Below are positions 18,112 to 27,973 of a DNA stretch of 64,000 nucleotides, piece after piece. Location of the stretch: the NCBI GenBank assembly GCA_013298895.1, contig JAAFJM010000002.1:6427-70426 (forward strand), given 5' to 3'. Positions within the stretch are counted from its first letter, which is position 1, and each line of letters begins with the position of its first letter. The notes beneath the pieces are model-generated. The model worked only from the letters and a program-made list of their open reading frames with translations. It ran no database searches and was not told where the DNA came from. Made by a program: the position numbers and the translations under genes. The DNA is from Bacteroidota bacterium (GTDB lineage: Bacteria; Bacteroidota; Bacteroidia; UKL13-3).

Positions 18112-20325
18112 ATGGATAAATTTTATACTTTTTTATTACTTTTAGTTTCTTTCGTATTTAACACCAATGCGCAAACCATAAAAATATTGTTTGATGCAAG
18201 TAAAGCTGAAACTGCTGGCAATGCAGACTGGGTAATAGATGAAGATTTAAATAACATAAAATGGAGTCCAAATGCAAGCATAGGAGGTGGAAGTGAAGGA
18301 AATGCACAGCGAATTCCTACTCCAGCCCAATCAACAGTTACATCAACTACCACTGAAAATTATTGGAAAGGGGCGCTTTCTGCTTGGGGAATTGACTGTG
18401 TAAAAAAAGGGTATATTGTAGAAACATTGCCATACAATGGCACAATTAGTTATGGAAACACCTCTAACCTACAAGATTTAATTAATTACAAAGTTTTTAT
18501 TATTGTAGAACCCAATATATTATTTACCACAGCTGAAAAAAATGCTATTATGAATTTTGTGCAAAATGGTGGAGGATTATTTATTGTTTCTGATCATGCA
18601 ATTTCTGACAGAAACAATGATGGCTTTGATTCGCAACAAATATTAAACGACTTAATTAAAAATAATTCTGTTAAACCAAACGCTTTCGGTTTTATTTTCG
18701 ATTCGTTGTCTGTATCACCTAATACCACCAACATCCCAAACTTACCAAATGACTCCATTTTGAATGGACCCATGGGTCAAGTTACTCAGGCTGTTTGGTT
18801 TAGTGGAACTACCATGACATTGAACCCTAGTGATAATGCAACGGTTAAAGGAGTTGTATTTACTCCAAGTGTTGGGTTTGGCAATATTGGTGTAATGGCG
18901 GCTTATGCTCGTTTTGGTAAAGGAAAAATTGTAGGTTTGGGCGATAGTTCTCCATGCGATGATGGCTCTGGAGATACTGGTGATAATTTATATGATGGGT
19001 GGATTGCAGATGCAAATGGAAATCATGAAAAATTAATCATGAATGCTACAATTTGGTTAGCTACTAAAGATACCATTATGAATACCAAAGTGGTTGATTT
19101 ATCAATGGATTCATTATTATACCCAATATATATTACTAGGGGAAATAATGCCGTTTCATTTAAAATAACAAATAATGGAAATACATTGATTGATTCGGCT
19201 GTATTTGCTTACCAAATAGATAAAAACACACCCATTTCAGTTTTAGTTAAAGGTTTAAATATTTACCCCAAAAATAGCTATTACTATACTTTTTCTAACT
19301 CGTTCAATATTTCAACAGGAAGCACTTATAAACTAAAAACTTGGGTTAAGACGTTTGGCGATAATTCTGCTCAAAACGATACTTTGAACAAAACGTTTTA
19401 TCTTAATAAAATTATTGATTTAGCAATTGATTCTATAGTGAATCCAATTAACCTAGTAAGAGGAGTAGATAGCGTAAAAATAAAACTTTTTAATAATGGA
19501 GAAACAACCATCGATTCAGCAATTATTTCATTGCAATTAAACGCTGACTCGATTATTTCAACCAAACTTAATGGATTAAATATTGCTGCTAAATCCAGCT
19601 ATTATTACACTTTTAACAAGCCTTTAAATATTTCAATTGGAGGAAATTATAAACTAAACTGTTGGGTAAAAACCAATGGGGATATTAATGCAAATAACGA
19701 TACAGTTATTAAAACCTATATCCTACCTAAAACAACTTCCCTACAAATTGATTCTATTGTACTACCAATTGAACTCAAAAAAGGCCCCAATACGATTAGT
19801 ATTAAACTTAAAAATAATGGAGAATCTATAATTACCCGCTTTTCTGTTAGCTGTAAAATACTAGAACAAAACATAGCCCCAATCACCGATGAAGTAACAC
19901 TTATCAATTTGCAACCAAATTCTTATGCAGTAAAAAGTTTTTCTAATACTATAAACATTGATAAAACTGGTGACTATAAATTATGTGCATGGATAAGTGA
20001 AGTGAACGGCATTAACATTATTAATGATAGTATTTGTTACAATTACTCGGTAAGTAATACTTCCATTAATTACTTAAACCAAGGCGATCAGGTAATTATT
20101 TACCCCAACCCTACCACTCAAAATGAGCTAAATATTACATCTCAAACGGAAGCCATTCGTCAGGTAGTTTTTTACGAATTAAATGGAAAAGAAATTCAAG
20201 TTAACAATATTGATAAGTTAGTTAAAAACATTAGAATCAACACCGAAAATTTAAAAGCAGGTATTTATTTCATTAAAATAAATACCGATCAATATTCATT
20301 AACAAAAAAATGGATTAAGCAGTAA
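18112..20325 (+). CDS. T9SS cargo protein: N-terminal ThuA/GATase-like domain, four CARDB-like repeats, C-terminal T9SS sorting domain
   Basis: The 737-aa ORF has a signal peptide. Four ~100-aa repeats (VDLSMDSLLYPIYITRGNNAVSFKITNNGNTLIDSA... and similar) look CARDB-like. The C-terminus (VIIYPNPTTQNELNITS...GIYFIKINTDQ) is a T9SS CTD. Confidence 0.7.
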   Translation: MDKFYTFLLLLVSFVFNTNAQTIKILFDASKAETAGNADWVIDEDLNNIKWSPNASIGGGSEGNAQRIPTPAQSTVTSTTTENYWKGALSAWGIDCVKKGYIVETLPYNGTISYGNTSNLQDLINYKVFIIVEPNILFTTAEKNAIMNFVQNGGGLFIVSDHAISDRNNDGFDSQQILNDLIKNNSVKPNAFGFIFDSLSVSPNTTNIPNLPNDSILNGPMGQVTQAVWFSGTTMTLNPSDNATVKGVVFTPSVGFGNIGVMAAYARFGKGKIVGLGDSSPCDDGSGDTGDNLYDGWIADANGNHEKLIMNATIWLATKDTIMNTKVVDLSMDSLLYPIYITRGNNAVSFKITNNGNTLIDSAVFAYQIDKNTPISVLVKGLNIYPKNSYYYTFSNSFNISTGSTYKLKTWVKTFGDNSAQNDTLNKTFYLNKIIDLAIDSIVNPINLVRGVDSVKIKLFNNGETTIDSAIISLQLNADSIISTKLNGLNIAAKSSYYYTFNKPLNISIGGNYKLNCWVKTNGDINANNDTVIKTYILPKTTSLQIDSIVLPIELKKGPNTISIKLKNNGESIITRFSVSCKILEQNIAPITDEVTLINLQPNSYAVKSFSNTINIDKTGDYKLCAWISEVNGINIINDSICYNYSVSNTSINYLNQGDQVIIYPNPTTQNELNITSQTEAIRQVVFYELNGKEIQVNNIDKLVKNIRINTENLKAGIYFIKINTDQYSLTKKWIKQ

Positions 20326-20418
20326 TTGAAGATAAGGCAATAAATTTATTTTATACCAATAAAGGAATTTTGTTATTTTATTATAATTTGCAATTTTTTA
20401 AACAATACTTATTTATAT

Positions 20419-21204
20419 ATGGAATTTAAAGTAAAAACATTAGCAGAGGTAACAGCCAATGGAGAAGAAGTAGATGTACTTTTTTGGGTAGGTTGTGCAG
20501 GAAGTTTTGATGAACGTGCTCAAAAAATAACCAAAGCGGTAGCCAAACTTTTACACCAAGCCAATGTTAAATTTGCCATATTAGGAACCGAAGAAGCGTG
20601 TACTGGCGACCCTGCAAAACGCGCTGGAAACGAGTTTTTGTTTCAAATGCTTGCCATGCAAAATATTACTACCATGAATGCTTATGGTGTAAAAAAAATT
20701 GTTACTGCTTGTCCTCATTGCTTCAACACAATAAAAAATGAATATCCTCAATTAGGAGGAAGCTATGAAGTGGTGCATCATACGGAGTTAATTAATGAAC
20801 TTTTAGAAAAAGGTAAATTAAGTATTCAAGGTGGTGCCTTTAAAGGGAAACGAATTACTTACCACGATAGCTGTTATTTAGGTAGAGCCAATAATATATA
20901 CGAAGCACCTCGTCAAGTAATTGAAAGGTTGGATGCCGAGTTAGTAGAAATGAAACGTGCTAAAGCCAATGGTTTATGCTGCGGAGCAGGTGGTGCTCAA
21001 ATGTTTAAAGAGGCTGAAACTGGTAAAAAAGAAGTAAACATGGAGCGTGCTGATGACATGTTGGAATCAAAAGCAAATATTGTTGCTGCTGCTTGTCCGT
21101 TTTGCATGACTATGTTACGCGATGGCATTAAACATAATAACAAAGAAGAAGAAGTTCAAGTACTTGATGTAGCTGAACTAATAGCAAATGCAATGGATTT
21201 ATAA
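20419..21204 (+). CDS. (Fe-S)-binding protein with two CCG cysteine-rich domains (LutA/GlcF-like)
   Basis: The 261-aa ORF has two CxxCGx..C / CPHC / CPFC clusters characteristic of the CCG domain. No lutB/lutC partners are adjacent. Confidence 0.65.
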   Translation: MEFKVKTLAEVTANGEEVDVLFWVGCAGSFDERAQKITKAVAKLLHQANVKFAILGTEEACTGDPAKRAGNEFLFQMLAMQNITTMNAYGVKKIVTACPHCFNTIKNEYPQLGGSYEVVHHTELINELLEKGKLSIQGGAFKGKRITYHDSCYLGRANNIYEAPRQVIERLDAELVEMKRAKANGLCCGAGGAQMFKEAETGKKEVNMERADDMLESKANIVAAACPFCMTMLRDGIKHNNKEEEVQVLDVAELIANAMDL

Positions 21205-21229
21205 AAGTTGGTTTAATTGAACCAACTTT
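21204..21229. terminator. Bidirectional terminator between the CCG-domain gene and the ArsC-family gene
   Basis: AAAGTTGGTT-taattga-ACCAACTTT hairpin followed by T-rich sequence. Confidence 0.6.
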
Positions 21230-21231
21230 TA

Positions 21232-21684
21232 TTATAAAATTTCCAAAACTTTTTCCGGTGGGCGAGTTATAATTGCTTTGTTGCCATTTACTACAATTGG
21301 CCTCTCCATTAAAATGGGATTTTGCTCAAGAACTGCAATCCATTCGTTTTCTGAATATTGCCTGTCTTTATAGTTTTCTTTAAAAATACTTTCTCCTTTT
21401 CGTATCAATTCAAATGCACTGATATTTAGCTTTTTTAAAAGAGCTTTTATTTGGCTGGCAGTTAAAGGATTTTTCAAATATTCAATTACTTTAAAATCTA
21501 CCTTTTTTTCAGTTAGGATAGTTAATGCATCGCGGCTTTTACCGCAACGGTTATTATGGTAAATTTCTATCATATCAGTTTTGTTTAACATTGGATTATC
21601 GGTGCACCAATTGCAATCAGAAAAGTCATCTAAAAAACCTCTCCCCTCGCATTGAGGACAAATATAACCGCATGTTTTAGCCAT
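21232..21684 (-). CDS. ArsC/Spx-family thioredoxin-fold protein with an N-terminal Cys4 zinc-ribbon-like extension
   Basis: Core IEIYHNNRCGKSRDAL matches the ArsC/YffB family. It is preceded by a 37-aa extension MAKTCGYICPQCEGRGFLDDFSDCNWCTD (CxxC-x12-CxxC). Confidence 0.6.
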   Translation of the reverse strand: MAKTCGYICPQCEGRGFLDDFSDCNWCTDNPMLNKTDMIEIYHNNRCGKSRDALTILTEKKVDFKVIEYLKNPLTASQIKALLKKLNISAFELIRKGESIFKENYKDRQYSENEWIAVLEQNPILMERPIVVNGNKAIITRPPEKVLEIL

Positions 21685-21717
21685 TTACTAAATTTTGAAT
21701 TTGTAATAAAGAATAAA

Positions 21718-22926
21718 TTATAGCCTAGCCAAAGCCATTTCGGCAATGGTTTTACCTATGCTTAAGCTGCTAGTAGCTGCAGGACTTGGCGCATTTAAAA
21801 TATGAATGGCATTAGGTTCTTCTATTATTTTAAAATCATCAAGCAAACCACCAAATTTATCACAAGCTTGCGCACGCACACCAGCTTCTGCAGGCACCAA
21901 ATCACCTTCCTGAATACTTGGAACTAATTTTTGCAAAGCCTTGGTAAATGCAGTTTTGCTGAACGAACGGTAAAACTCGCCCAATCCTGTTTTCCAATAT
22001 TTAACTGCAACTTTTCTAAAACCTGGCCAAGCTAAACTTTCCATTGTTTCGTTAAAATCAAAATCACTTTTATGGTAGCCTTCGCGCTTAAATGCAAATA
22101 CAGCATTTGGCCCTGCCTCTACCCCACCATCAATCATACGGGTAAAGTGCACACCTAAAAACGGGAAATTAGGATCTGGAACCGGATAAATTAAGTTTTT
22201 AATCAATGCCCTTTTTTCGGGCTTTAACATGTAATACTCACCCCTAAAAGGAATGATTCTGGTATCAATGTCTTTATTGGTTAAGGCTGCTATTTTATCA
22301 CTGTATAATCCAGCGCAATTAATGTATTGCGAAGCTTCAAACTCTTTTTGACTAGTGCTAATAACCACATAATTTGTATAGTTTTCAATTTTTTCAACTT
22401 TATGGCTCAAATAAATTTCAGCACCTAGTTCCGTAATATTTTCAGCCAATTTTTCGCAAACTTGGCTATAATCAATGATACCCGTGTAAGGAACATGTAT
22501 AGCCTTTACGCCCCGCAAATTAGGTTCAAACTCTTTAATTCCATCTTGCTCAATTATGGTATTTTTCGCCAAACCATTTTCTAAACCGCGTTGGTAAAGC
22601 TTATCAAGTTCAGGAATTTCGCTTTCATCGCTTGCAACCACTAACTTACCACATAAATCGTATTTTATATTGTTTTCATCGCAAAAATCAATCATCATTT
22701 GATAACCTTGCAAGCAATTTTTTGCTTTTAAACTACCTGGCTTGTAGTATAATCCTGAATGTATCACACCACTATTATGACCCGTTTGATGAGCAGCTAC
22801 ATGATTTTCTTTTTCTAAAATTGCTATTTTTAAACTACTGTTTTTTTGCAATAATTGGTAAGCCGTGGACAAACCAACTATACCACCACCTATTATAATA
22901 AAATCGTATTTAAAACTTGCTTCCAT
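21718..22926 (-). CDS. FAD-dependent oxidoreductase, L-2-hydroxyglutarate oxidase (LhgO)-like
   Basis: The 402-aa ORF has an N-terminal GxGxxG FAD fold (IIGGGIVGLSTAYQL) and DAO-family organisation. Confidence 0.6.
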   Translation of the reverse strand: MEASFKYDFIIIGGGIVGLSTAYQLLQKNSSLKIAILEKENHVAAHQTGHNSGVIHSGLYYKPGSLKAKNCLQGYQMMIDFCDENNIKYDLCGKLVVASDESEIPELDKLYQRGLENGLAKNTIIEQDGIKEFEPNLRGVKAIHVPYTGIIDYSQVCEKLAENITELGAEIYLSHKVEKIENYTNYVVISTSQKEFEASQYINCAGLYSDKIAALTNKDIDTRIIPFRGEYYMLKPEKRALIKNLIYPVPDPNFPFLGVHFTRMIDGGVEAGPNAVFAFKREGYHKSDFDFNETMESLAWPGFRKVAVKYWKTGLGEFYRSFSKTAFTKALQKLVPSIQEGDLVPAEAGVRAQACDKFGGLLDDFKIIEEPNAIHILNAPSPAATSSLSIGKTIAEMALARL

Positions 22927-24124
22927 TTGATGAACGTAATTTATGTGCTATTAAAATACTCAACAAAGCCATTCCTACACTAAAATATCCTAATAAATTA
23001 TAGTTAACCAATTTCCCATCAACCGTAGTAACCACCAAACCTGCCAAGAAAGCCGAAACACCATTAGCTAACTGTTGAATGGAGCTATTAAAGCTCATAA
23101 AACTTGCTCTAATTTTGGGGTCAACAGCACCTGTAACCATGGCTTGCATGGGAATAAATCTTCCTGAAAAAATAAAAAATACGCCAGTAATAGTTAAAAC
23201 CAATGGCAATGGATGAGGATCAAGGTTGGTTATTAAAAAAACAGGAATGGTGTATAATAAAGCTAAGACAATAAACATCACCAATTTTCCAAACTTATCA
23301 GCTAACTTTCCAATTAATGGCGAAGTAAAAATAGTTACTCCTCCTCCCACTAAATAAATTAAAGGTAAATCTTCTTCTCGCATGCCTACATTGCTAACCA
23401 TGTATGGACTCAAAAATGGAATGATACAAAAGTGTCCCATCATCATAACCACACCAAAAAGCAAGGCCAGAAGATTATTTTTATTGGTAAAAATAGCCTC
23501 AATGTTTTTGCCAACATCCATTTGTTTGGCAGCCAATTGCACCGCTGCTGTTTGCCTTGGTACAAATTTACGTACCAAAAAATAAACAGGAATGCCTAAA
23601 ACTGCCAAAAATAAAAAGGGTGCATGCCAACCTAAAAAATCATATTGTTTGGTATGAGTAGCTATAAAAATTCCAAATGGAACTCCTAAAACCGAAGCCA
23701 AACTAAATGCAGCCATAATTATTCCCATGGCCTGCCCTCTTCTCTCAAAAGGAACTGCATCGCTTACAATAGCTAAAATAATGGCGCCTAAAACCCCACC
23801 AAATAACCCTGTTGCGAATCTTGCAATCAATAATGTTTGATAAGTTGGAGCTAAACCACAAGCAAAAGTTCCAATTAAGAAACCAATAAAAATGCGCATT
23901 AAATAATCTTTACGCTCAAATTTATTGATAATAAAAGTCGTGATAATGCCTGAAATAAAGGCGCTGATGGAATACGATGAAACCAAAATACCAAAATCGG
24001 ATGCAGTGATATTAAATGTTTTAATCAAATTAGGCCCTAATGGCATCATTATCATAAAATCCATGATATTTACAAAATTGATGGCTGCTAATGTAAATAG
24101 CATGATTTTTTCGGTTTTTGTCAT
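22910..24124 (-). CDS. MFS transporter
   Basis: The 404-aa ORF has 12 predicted TM helices and overlaps the upstream oxidoreductase gene by 17 nt. Confidence 0.7.
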   Translation of the reverse strand: MTKTEKIMLFTLAAINFVNIMDFMIMMPLGPNLIKTFNITASDFGILVSSYSISAFISGIITTFIINKFERKDYLMRIFIGFLIGTFACGLAPTYQTLLIARFATGLFGGVLGAIILAIVSDAVPFERRGQAMGIIMAAFSLASVLGVPFGIFIATHTKQYDFLGWHAPFLFLAVLGIPVYFLVRKFVPRQTAAVQLAAKQMDVGKNIEAIFTNKNNLLALLFGVVMMMGHFCIIPFLSPYMVSNVGMREEDLPLIYLVGGGVTIFTSPLIGKLADKFGKLVMFIVLALLYTIPVFLITNLDPHPLPLVLTITGVFFIFSGRFIPMQAMVTGAVDPKIRASFMSFNSSIQQLANGVSAFLAGLVVTTVDGKLVNYNLLGYFSVGMALLSILIAHKLRSSNGSKF

Positions 24125-24190
24125 ATTTGTTGCCTTTTGCTGCTAGCTTTTTTGAATTTATTTGTACTATTTAGCTATTGTATTTTGGTG

Positions 24191-24961
24191 CTATTTGCTA
24201 CCAAATCCTTGCATTTTTATTTGGGTTAATTTGCGTTTAGTATCTAGCGAAAAATCGTTATCCATCATCCATTGGTAATAACCAGGTTCATTTTTAAACA
24301 CATAGCTAACCATTTTACCTTTGTGCTTCCCAAAATTAAATACCTCTTGTCCTTTATCATTCAATACAATTCGTCCTGCTAAATCTACCAAATTAGCTTG
24401 TCCACTAATTTTGTGAAGCGATTCCATATCATTACCCAACACTTCATATCTGTCTAACTGTGCCTTTAATACTTCATAAGTAGCAATGGTATCAGCCTCG
24501 GCACTATGGGCATTTTCTAATGTTTTATCACAATAAAATTTATAGGCAGCACTTAAAGTACGTTGTTCCATTTGATGAAAAATGCGCTGCACATCTACAA
24601 ATTTTCGTCCTTCCGTTTCAAATTCCACATTTGCTCTTAACATTTCCTCCACCAACATAGGGAAATCGAATTTATTAGAATTAAACCCACCAAAATCACA
24701 GCCTTTAAAATACTCGGCATACTCTTTTGCTTTTTCGGCAAAGGTGGGCATATCTTTTACATCTTCATCAAAAATACCATGTATGGCCGAAACCTCAGCT
24801 GGTATAGGTATTGTAGGATTAAATCTTTGGGTTTTTATTTCCTCGGTTCCATCTACATTTACTTTTATAGTTGCCATCTCTACTATTCTATCAGTAGAGA
24901 TGCTTATTCCTGTAGTTTCTAAATCAAAAATTACAAGGGGGCGTTTTAAATTCAATTTCAT
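24191..24961 (-). CDS. 3'-5' exonuclease, DEDDh/DnaQ-like, with C-terminal extension
   Basis: Carries the Exo I motif VIFDLETTG, Exo II/III-like motifs (H...SAEAD), and a ~80-aa extra C-terminal domain. Confidence 0.7.
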   Translation of the reverse strand: MKLNLKRPLVIFDLETTGISISTDRIVEMATIKVNVDGTEEIKTQRFNPTIPIPAEVSAIHGIFDEDVKDMPTFAEKAKEYAEYFKGCDFGGFNSNKFDFPMLVEEMLRANVEFETEGRKFVDVQRIFHQMEQRTLSAAYKFYCDKTLENAHSAEADTIATYEVLKAQLDRYEVLGNDMESLHKISGQANLVDLAGRIVLNDKGQEVFNFGKHKGKMVSYVFKNEPGYYQWMMDNDFSLDTKRKLTQIKMQGFGSK

Positions 24962-24987
24962 TTAAGCTTTATATTACAATACCATTT

Positions 24988-25026
24988 TACAAATAAAAAA
25001 TGCAAGTTTAATTGTAAACCTGCATT
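24988..25026 (-). terminator. Imperfect hairpin terminator downstream of the PRiA4-like gene
   Basis: AAAATGCAaGTTTaattgtAAACcTGCATTTT followed by a T-run on the minus strand. Confidence 0.4.
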
Positions 25027-25049
25027 TTCAATTTTTATTATTTTAAATA

Positions 25050-25658
25050 CTAATATTCATCAAAACCACCAATAGGTTCAATAGCAGCATCGTCATCACC
25101 ACTATCTGAATCTTTTGAGAAAAGACCAAATTCATCTGCTTCATCATCGCTGATTTCGCTTCCAACATCATCTGTTTTATCAATATAGTTTTTTGTTATT
25201 TCATCAAATTCATTGTCATCCACCAAACCAAAACGTTGCACCTTATCATATTGTTTAGGCGCTAATCCCACCGATTTACCAATTCTAGGATAAGTAAATT
25301 TTGGGTTTTCTTTAATTTCAATTCCAAATAATTCTAAATGCATGGTCCACATAGCCATAAAATCATATACATAAATAATTTTTTGGTGTGGGTCATTTAC
25401 AAACTGACTCAACTTAGAAGTTTTCATCTCTGGAATTGGATTCTCAGGATCGTCAGTCATATCTTCCAAAGTAATTTCTTGTTCCCTGCGCCAAGTATCA
25501 TTACTCATATAAAAAGAAGCCAACTGCTTTTCGTCAAAGCCAATTGATTCTAAAATAGTTTTATGGAACTCTAAAAAAGTTTGATTCGATTTAATTTCAA
25601 TTACTCGATAAGAATCTTCGTAATCTTCAAAAGTTAATTTAAATTTATATACTGCCAT
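25050..25658 (-). CDS. pRiA4b ORF-3-like family protein with an acidic disordered C-terminal tail
   Basis: The N-terminal pattern YKFKLTFEDYEDSYRVIEIKSNQTFLEFHKTILESIGFDEKQLASFYMS fits the PF07929 style (YxLKV.L....iwRri.v....tl.eLH..iq.amGw.d.HLh.F). The C-terminus is SDDEADEFGLFSKDSDSGDDDAAIEPIGGFDEY. Confidence 0.5.
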   Translation of the reverse strand: MAVYKFKLTFEDYEDSYRVIEIKSNQTFLEFHKTILESIGFDEKQLASFYMSNDTWRREQEITLEDMTDDPENPIPEMKTSKLSQFVNDPHQKIIYVYDFMAMWTMHLELFGIEIKENPKFTYPRIGKSVGLAPKQYDKVQRFGLVDDNEFDEITKNYIDKTDDVGSEISDDEADEFGLFSKDSDSGDDDAAIEPIGGFDEY

Positions 25659-25844
25659 TGTATTTTTTTGCTGTGCAAATTTGCTTTATTTTATAACAAA
25701 TTACAAAAGGTATTTTACTAAAGTTTTCTACTTAAAATATCGCCCATTTCTAAATCAAATCTTTTTATTTAGGTTACAAAATACTTTTCATAAAAATAAT
25801 TCCAATAAAACTCACTATCATTGAATTACTAAAAAACACAGCTT

Positions 25845-26219
25845 ATGAAAACATTTAAAATATTAATTAGCATTTTGGTTCTATCCATCATTTTTTCATT
25901 TAAAACCAAACAAAAATTGGATATGAAATCAGTAGCGGGAACTTATGGGGTATGTAGTTACCAAAGTAGTGGTAAGACTATTTTAAGTTTATCATTGAAC
26001 CAAGACAAAACCTTTCATTACATAGATAATACTAATACTAATAAACCAATAGATGTAATGGGCAATTACGAGGTAATCAACAACCAAATAGTGTTGCAAA
26101 ACTATAAAACCATTTATAAGTTCCATACCAAATGGAAAATAGATGGCAATAGCAAATGTATAAAAGCCCGAAAAGGACTTACCTTTTACCGACTTTGTAA
26201 TGTGGCTGAATGTAAGTAA
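25845..26219 (+). CDS. Small secreted hypothetical protein
   Basis: The 124-aa ORF has a signal peptide and several Cys residues, and is followed by a strong terminator. Confidence 0.5.
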   Translation: MKTFKILISILVLSIIFSFKTKQKLDMKSVAGTYGVCSYQSSGKTILSLSLNQDKTFHYIDNTNTNKPIDVMGNYEVINNQIVLQNYKTIYKFHTKWKIDGNSKCIKARKGLTFYRLCNVAECK

Positions 26220-26222
26220 AAT

Positions 26223-26254
26223 AAAAAAGCGACTCTATGAAGGGTCGCTTTTTT
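26223..26254 (+). terminator. Rho-independent terminator
   Basis: AAAAAGCGAC-tctatgaagg-GTCGCTTTTTT. Confidence 0.7.
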
Positions 26255-26500
26255 AACATATAAGATTACATTAATACCTTGGTAACTATTAATAATATTT
26301 TGTTGAAGTGATTAGCAGTTTTAGCTAACAACAATAACCTTTTAATCAATTTCCCAACAATCATAAAAGCTAGTTTATTAGCTTGTCTAGCTTAATCATC
26401 TTTTTAAGCCAAAGTATTATATGGGTTTAATATTAGTGTTGGTAAATTTATATTTAGCAACCAAATACTAAGTAAAGGCCAAATGTTAATTTATTAAAAC

Positions 26501-27502
26501 CTATTCACTGTCTTCGCTAACGGCTCCTTTGCTTTGCAAAAACTCGTTTAATTCATCAGCCGAGCTGCTAAACGAAAAAGAGTCATTTAGGGTAAAATAA
26601 TTACCTTTATCAGTAGTTTTTTTGTAACACATTTTAGCTACTTTTAATTTGTTTTCTTCAAATGTAAACTCACCAATTAATTGTTTTACTTGCACTGTAT
26701 TTATACAATTGCTTGCCAAAACTTGTCTTATTATTTGAAGTTTGTTATCTTCAAAACTTTGCTTTTTTAGCTGACTAGTTAGGGCATTAAAAGTACTTAA
26801 AGTCATTGGCGCACAAACTGGTTCATTAACTTTAGGAGTTGAAGTTTTTACAGGTGTTGAAACATTTTTTGTGATTGTTTTAGTAGTTGTTGTTGTTGTG
26901 TTAGTTACTACTGTTTTATCCGTGGCATCTAATCCATTAATATTCATGTTTATTCCTACTCCATTTATTCCAACGTTTAAGTTTACATTTTCGTTGCCTA
27001 ATGTATTATTTGATTTTGTAACTGTGGTGGTTGTGGTTACTTTATCGTTTGTTTCAGTTTCCAAACTGTTATTACCACCATCTACTTCCTTTGTGCTTTC
27101 AATAACTTGTTTATTTTTTACTTTTGACTTGCTCGATAATGGTTTCATATCAAGTAATCTAACTACATAAATAATCGGTGTGGTCGATTTTCCATCTATT
27201 CTTTTAACATTATTAGCGGTTGTGTTTTTTTTACGAACATTATAAGTGTATTCTTTTCCTGCTTCGTAATAAATATTTTCATTTATGGTTTGAATGGCCT
27301 TATCATCGAAAACTATTTTAAGTTTTTGTACGCTAGCGGTAATGTTTTCAACTTTTACATTACTCTGAGAACTTGCATTTTGTTGAACTCCGTTCAAAAA
27401 AAGTATGAATTTCTCGCTTTCCTGTGTAAATAAATTTAAGGTTGATTGCGCCCAAGCACTAAAAGTATTTAAAAGCACAAGTAATAAAATAATTCTTTTC
27501 AT
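26501..27502 (-). CDS. DUF4476-domain secreted protein with a Thr/Val/Asn-rich low-complexity linker
   Basis: The C-terminal ~100 aa (CAPMTLSTFNALTSQLKKQSFEDNKLQIIRQVLASNC...FEENKLKVAKMCY) match the DUF4476 pattern. The likely start is MKRIILLL at 27502, with a signal peptide. The linker includes TTTTTVTKSNNT...VVTNTTTTTTK, encoded by (GTT)n/(ACA)n-like tracts near 26860-26900. Confidence 0.6.
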   Translation of the reverse strand: MKRIILLLVLLNTFSAWAQSTLNLFTQESEKFILFLNGVQQNASSQSNVKVENITASVQKLKIVFDDKAIQTINENIYYEAGKEYTYNVRKKNTTANNVKRIDGKSTTPIIYVVRLLDMKPLSSKSKVKNKQVIESTKEVDGGNNSLETETNDKVTTTTTVTKSNNTLGNENVNLNVGINGVGINMNINGLDATDKTVVTNTTTTTTKTITKNVSTPVKTSTPKVNEPVCAPMTLSTFNALTSQLKKQSFEDNKLQIIRQVLASNCINTVQVKQLIGEFTFEENKLKVAKMCYKKTTDKGNYFTLNDSFSFSSSADELNEFLQSKGAVSEDSE

Positions 27503-27666
27503 GTTTAAAATTTTTATTCGCAAATAAACCAAATTTTTAAAAATTAAAAAAAATGCTTAAAGTTCTTTAATACCAACTTGTTGTTTTTGCTATTCAAAAT
27601 AAAATTTTATCAATCAAAAAACTCAGGTAAAAACAATTACCTTGCATAGTATAATCCGTTTGTAAA

Positions 27667-27843
27667 ATGAACATCATCAATAAATACATTTACTTGATTT
27701 TATGTATAGTAGGAAACATTATGTTTTTAGTACTTAGCTACCACGATTATGGTCGTATTCACTTCACATTTATACATTTCTTTTTTGGAATAATCCCACT
27801 CATTTTTTCAATCAAAAAGCACTTTTGGCTTGAGGTAAAGTAA
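27667..27843 (+). CDS. Possible 58-aa small hydrophobic membrane protein (below the track cutoff)
   Basis: Manual translation gives MNIINKYIYLILCIVGNIMFLVLSYHDYGRIHFTFIHFFFGIIPLIFSIKKHFWLEVK. Coordinates are approximate. Confidence 0.25.
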   Translation: MNIINKYIYLILCIVGNIMFLVLSYHDYGRIHFTFIHFFFGIIPLIFSIKKHFWLEVK

Positions 27844-27973
27844 TAGAAATATTGGAAGGTTTTAGTTGAGAAACTTCCAATTTAAATCAGTTGGCAACAG
27901 GTTAAAACCAAAAATAAAGAATAATTCAATGGCAATTTGGCAGTATAATATATATTTTTTACCTTGACAATCT

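Noticed and set aside
22632-24146. Plus-strand ORFs 22632-22898, 23382-23585 and 23925-24146
   Set aside because: They are antisense to the FAD-oxidoreductase and MFS transporter genes.
26871-27170. 99-aa plus-strand ORF with poly-Val runs
   Set aside because: It is antisense to the poly-Thr linker of the DUF4476 gene and is an artefact of ACA/ACC codon runs.
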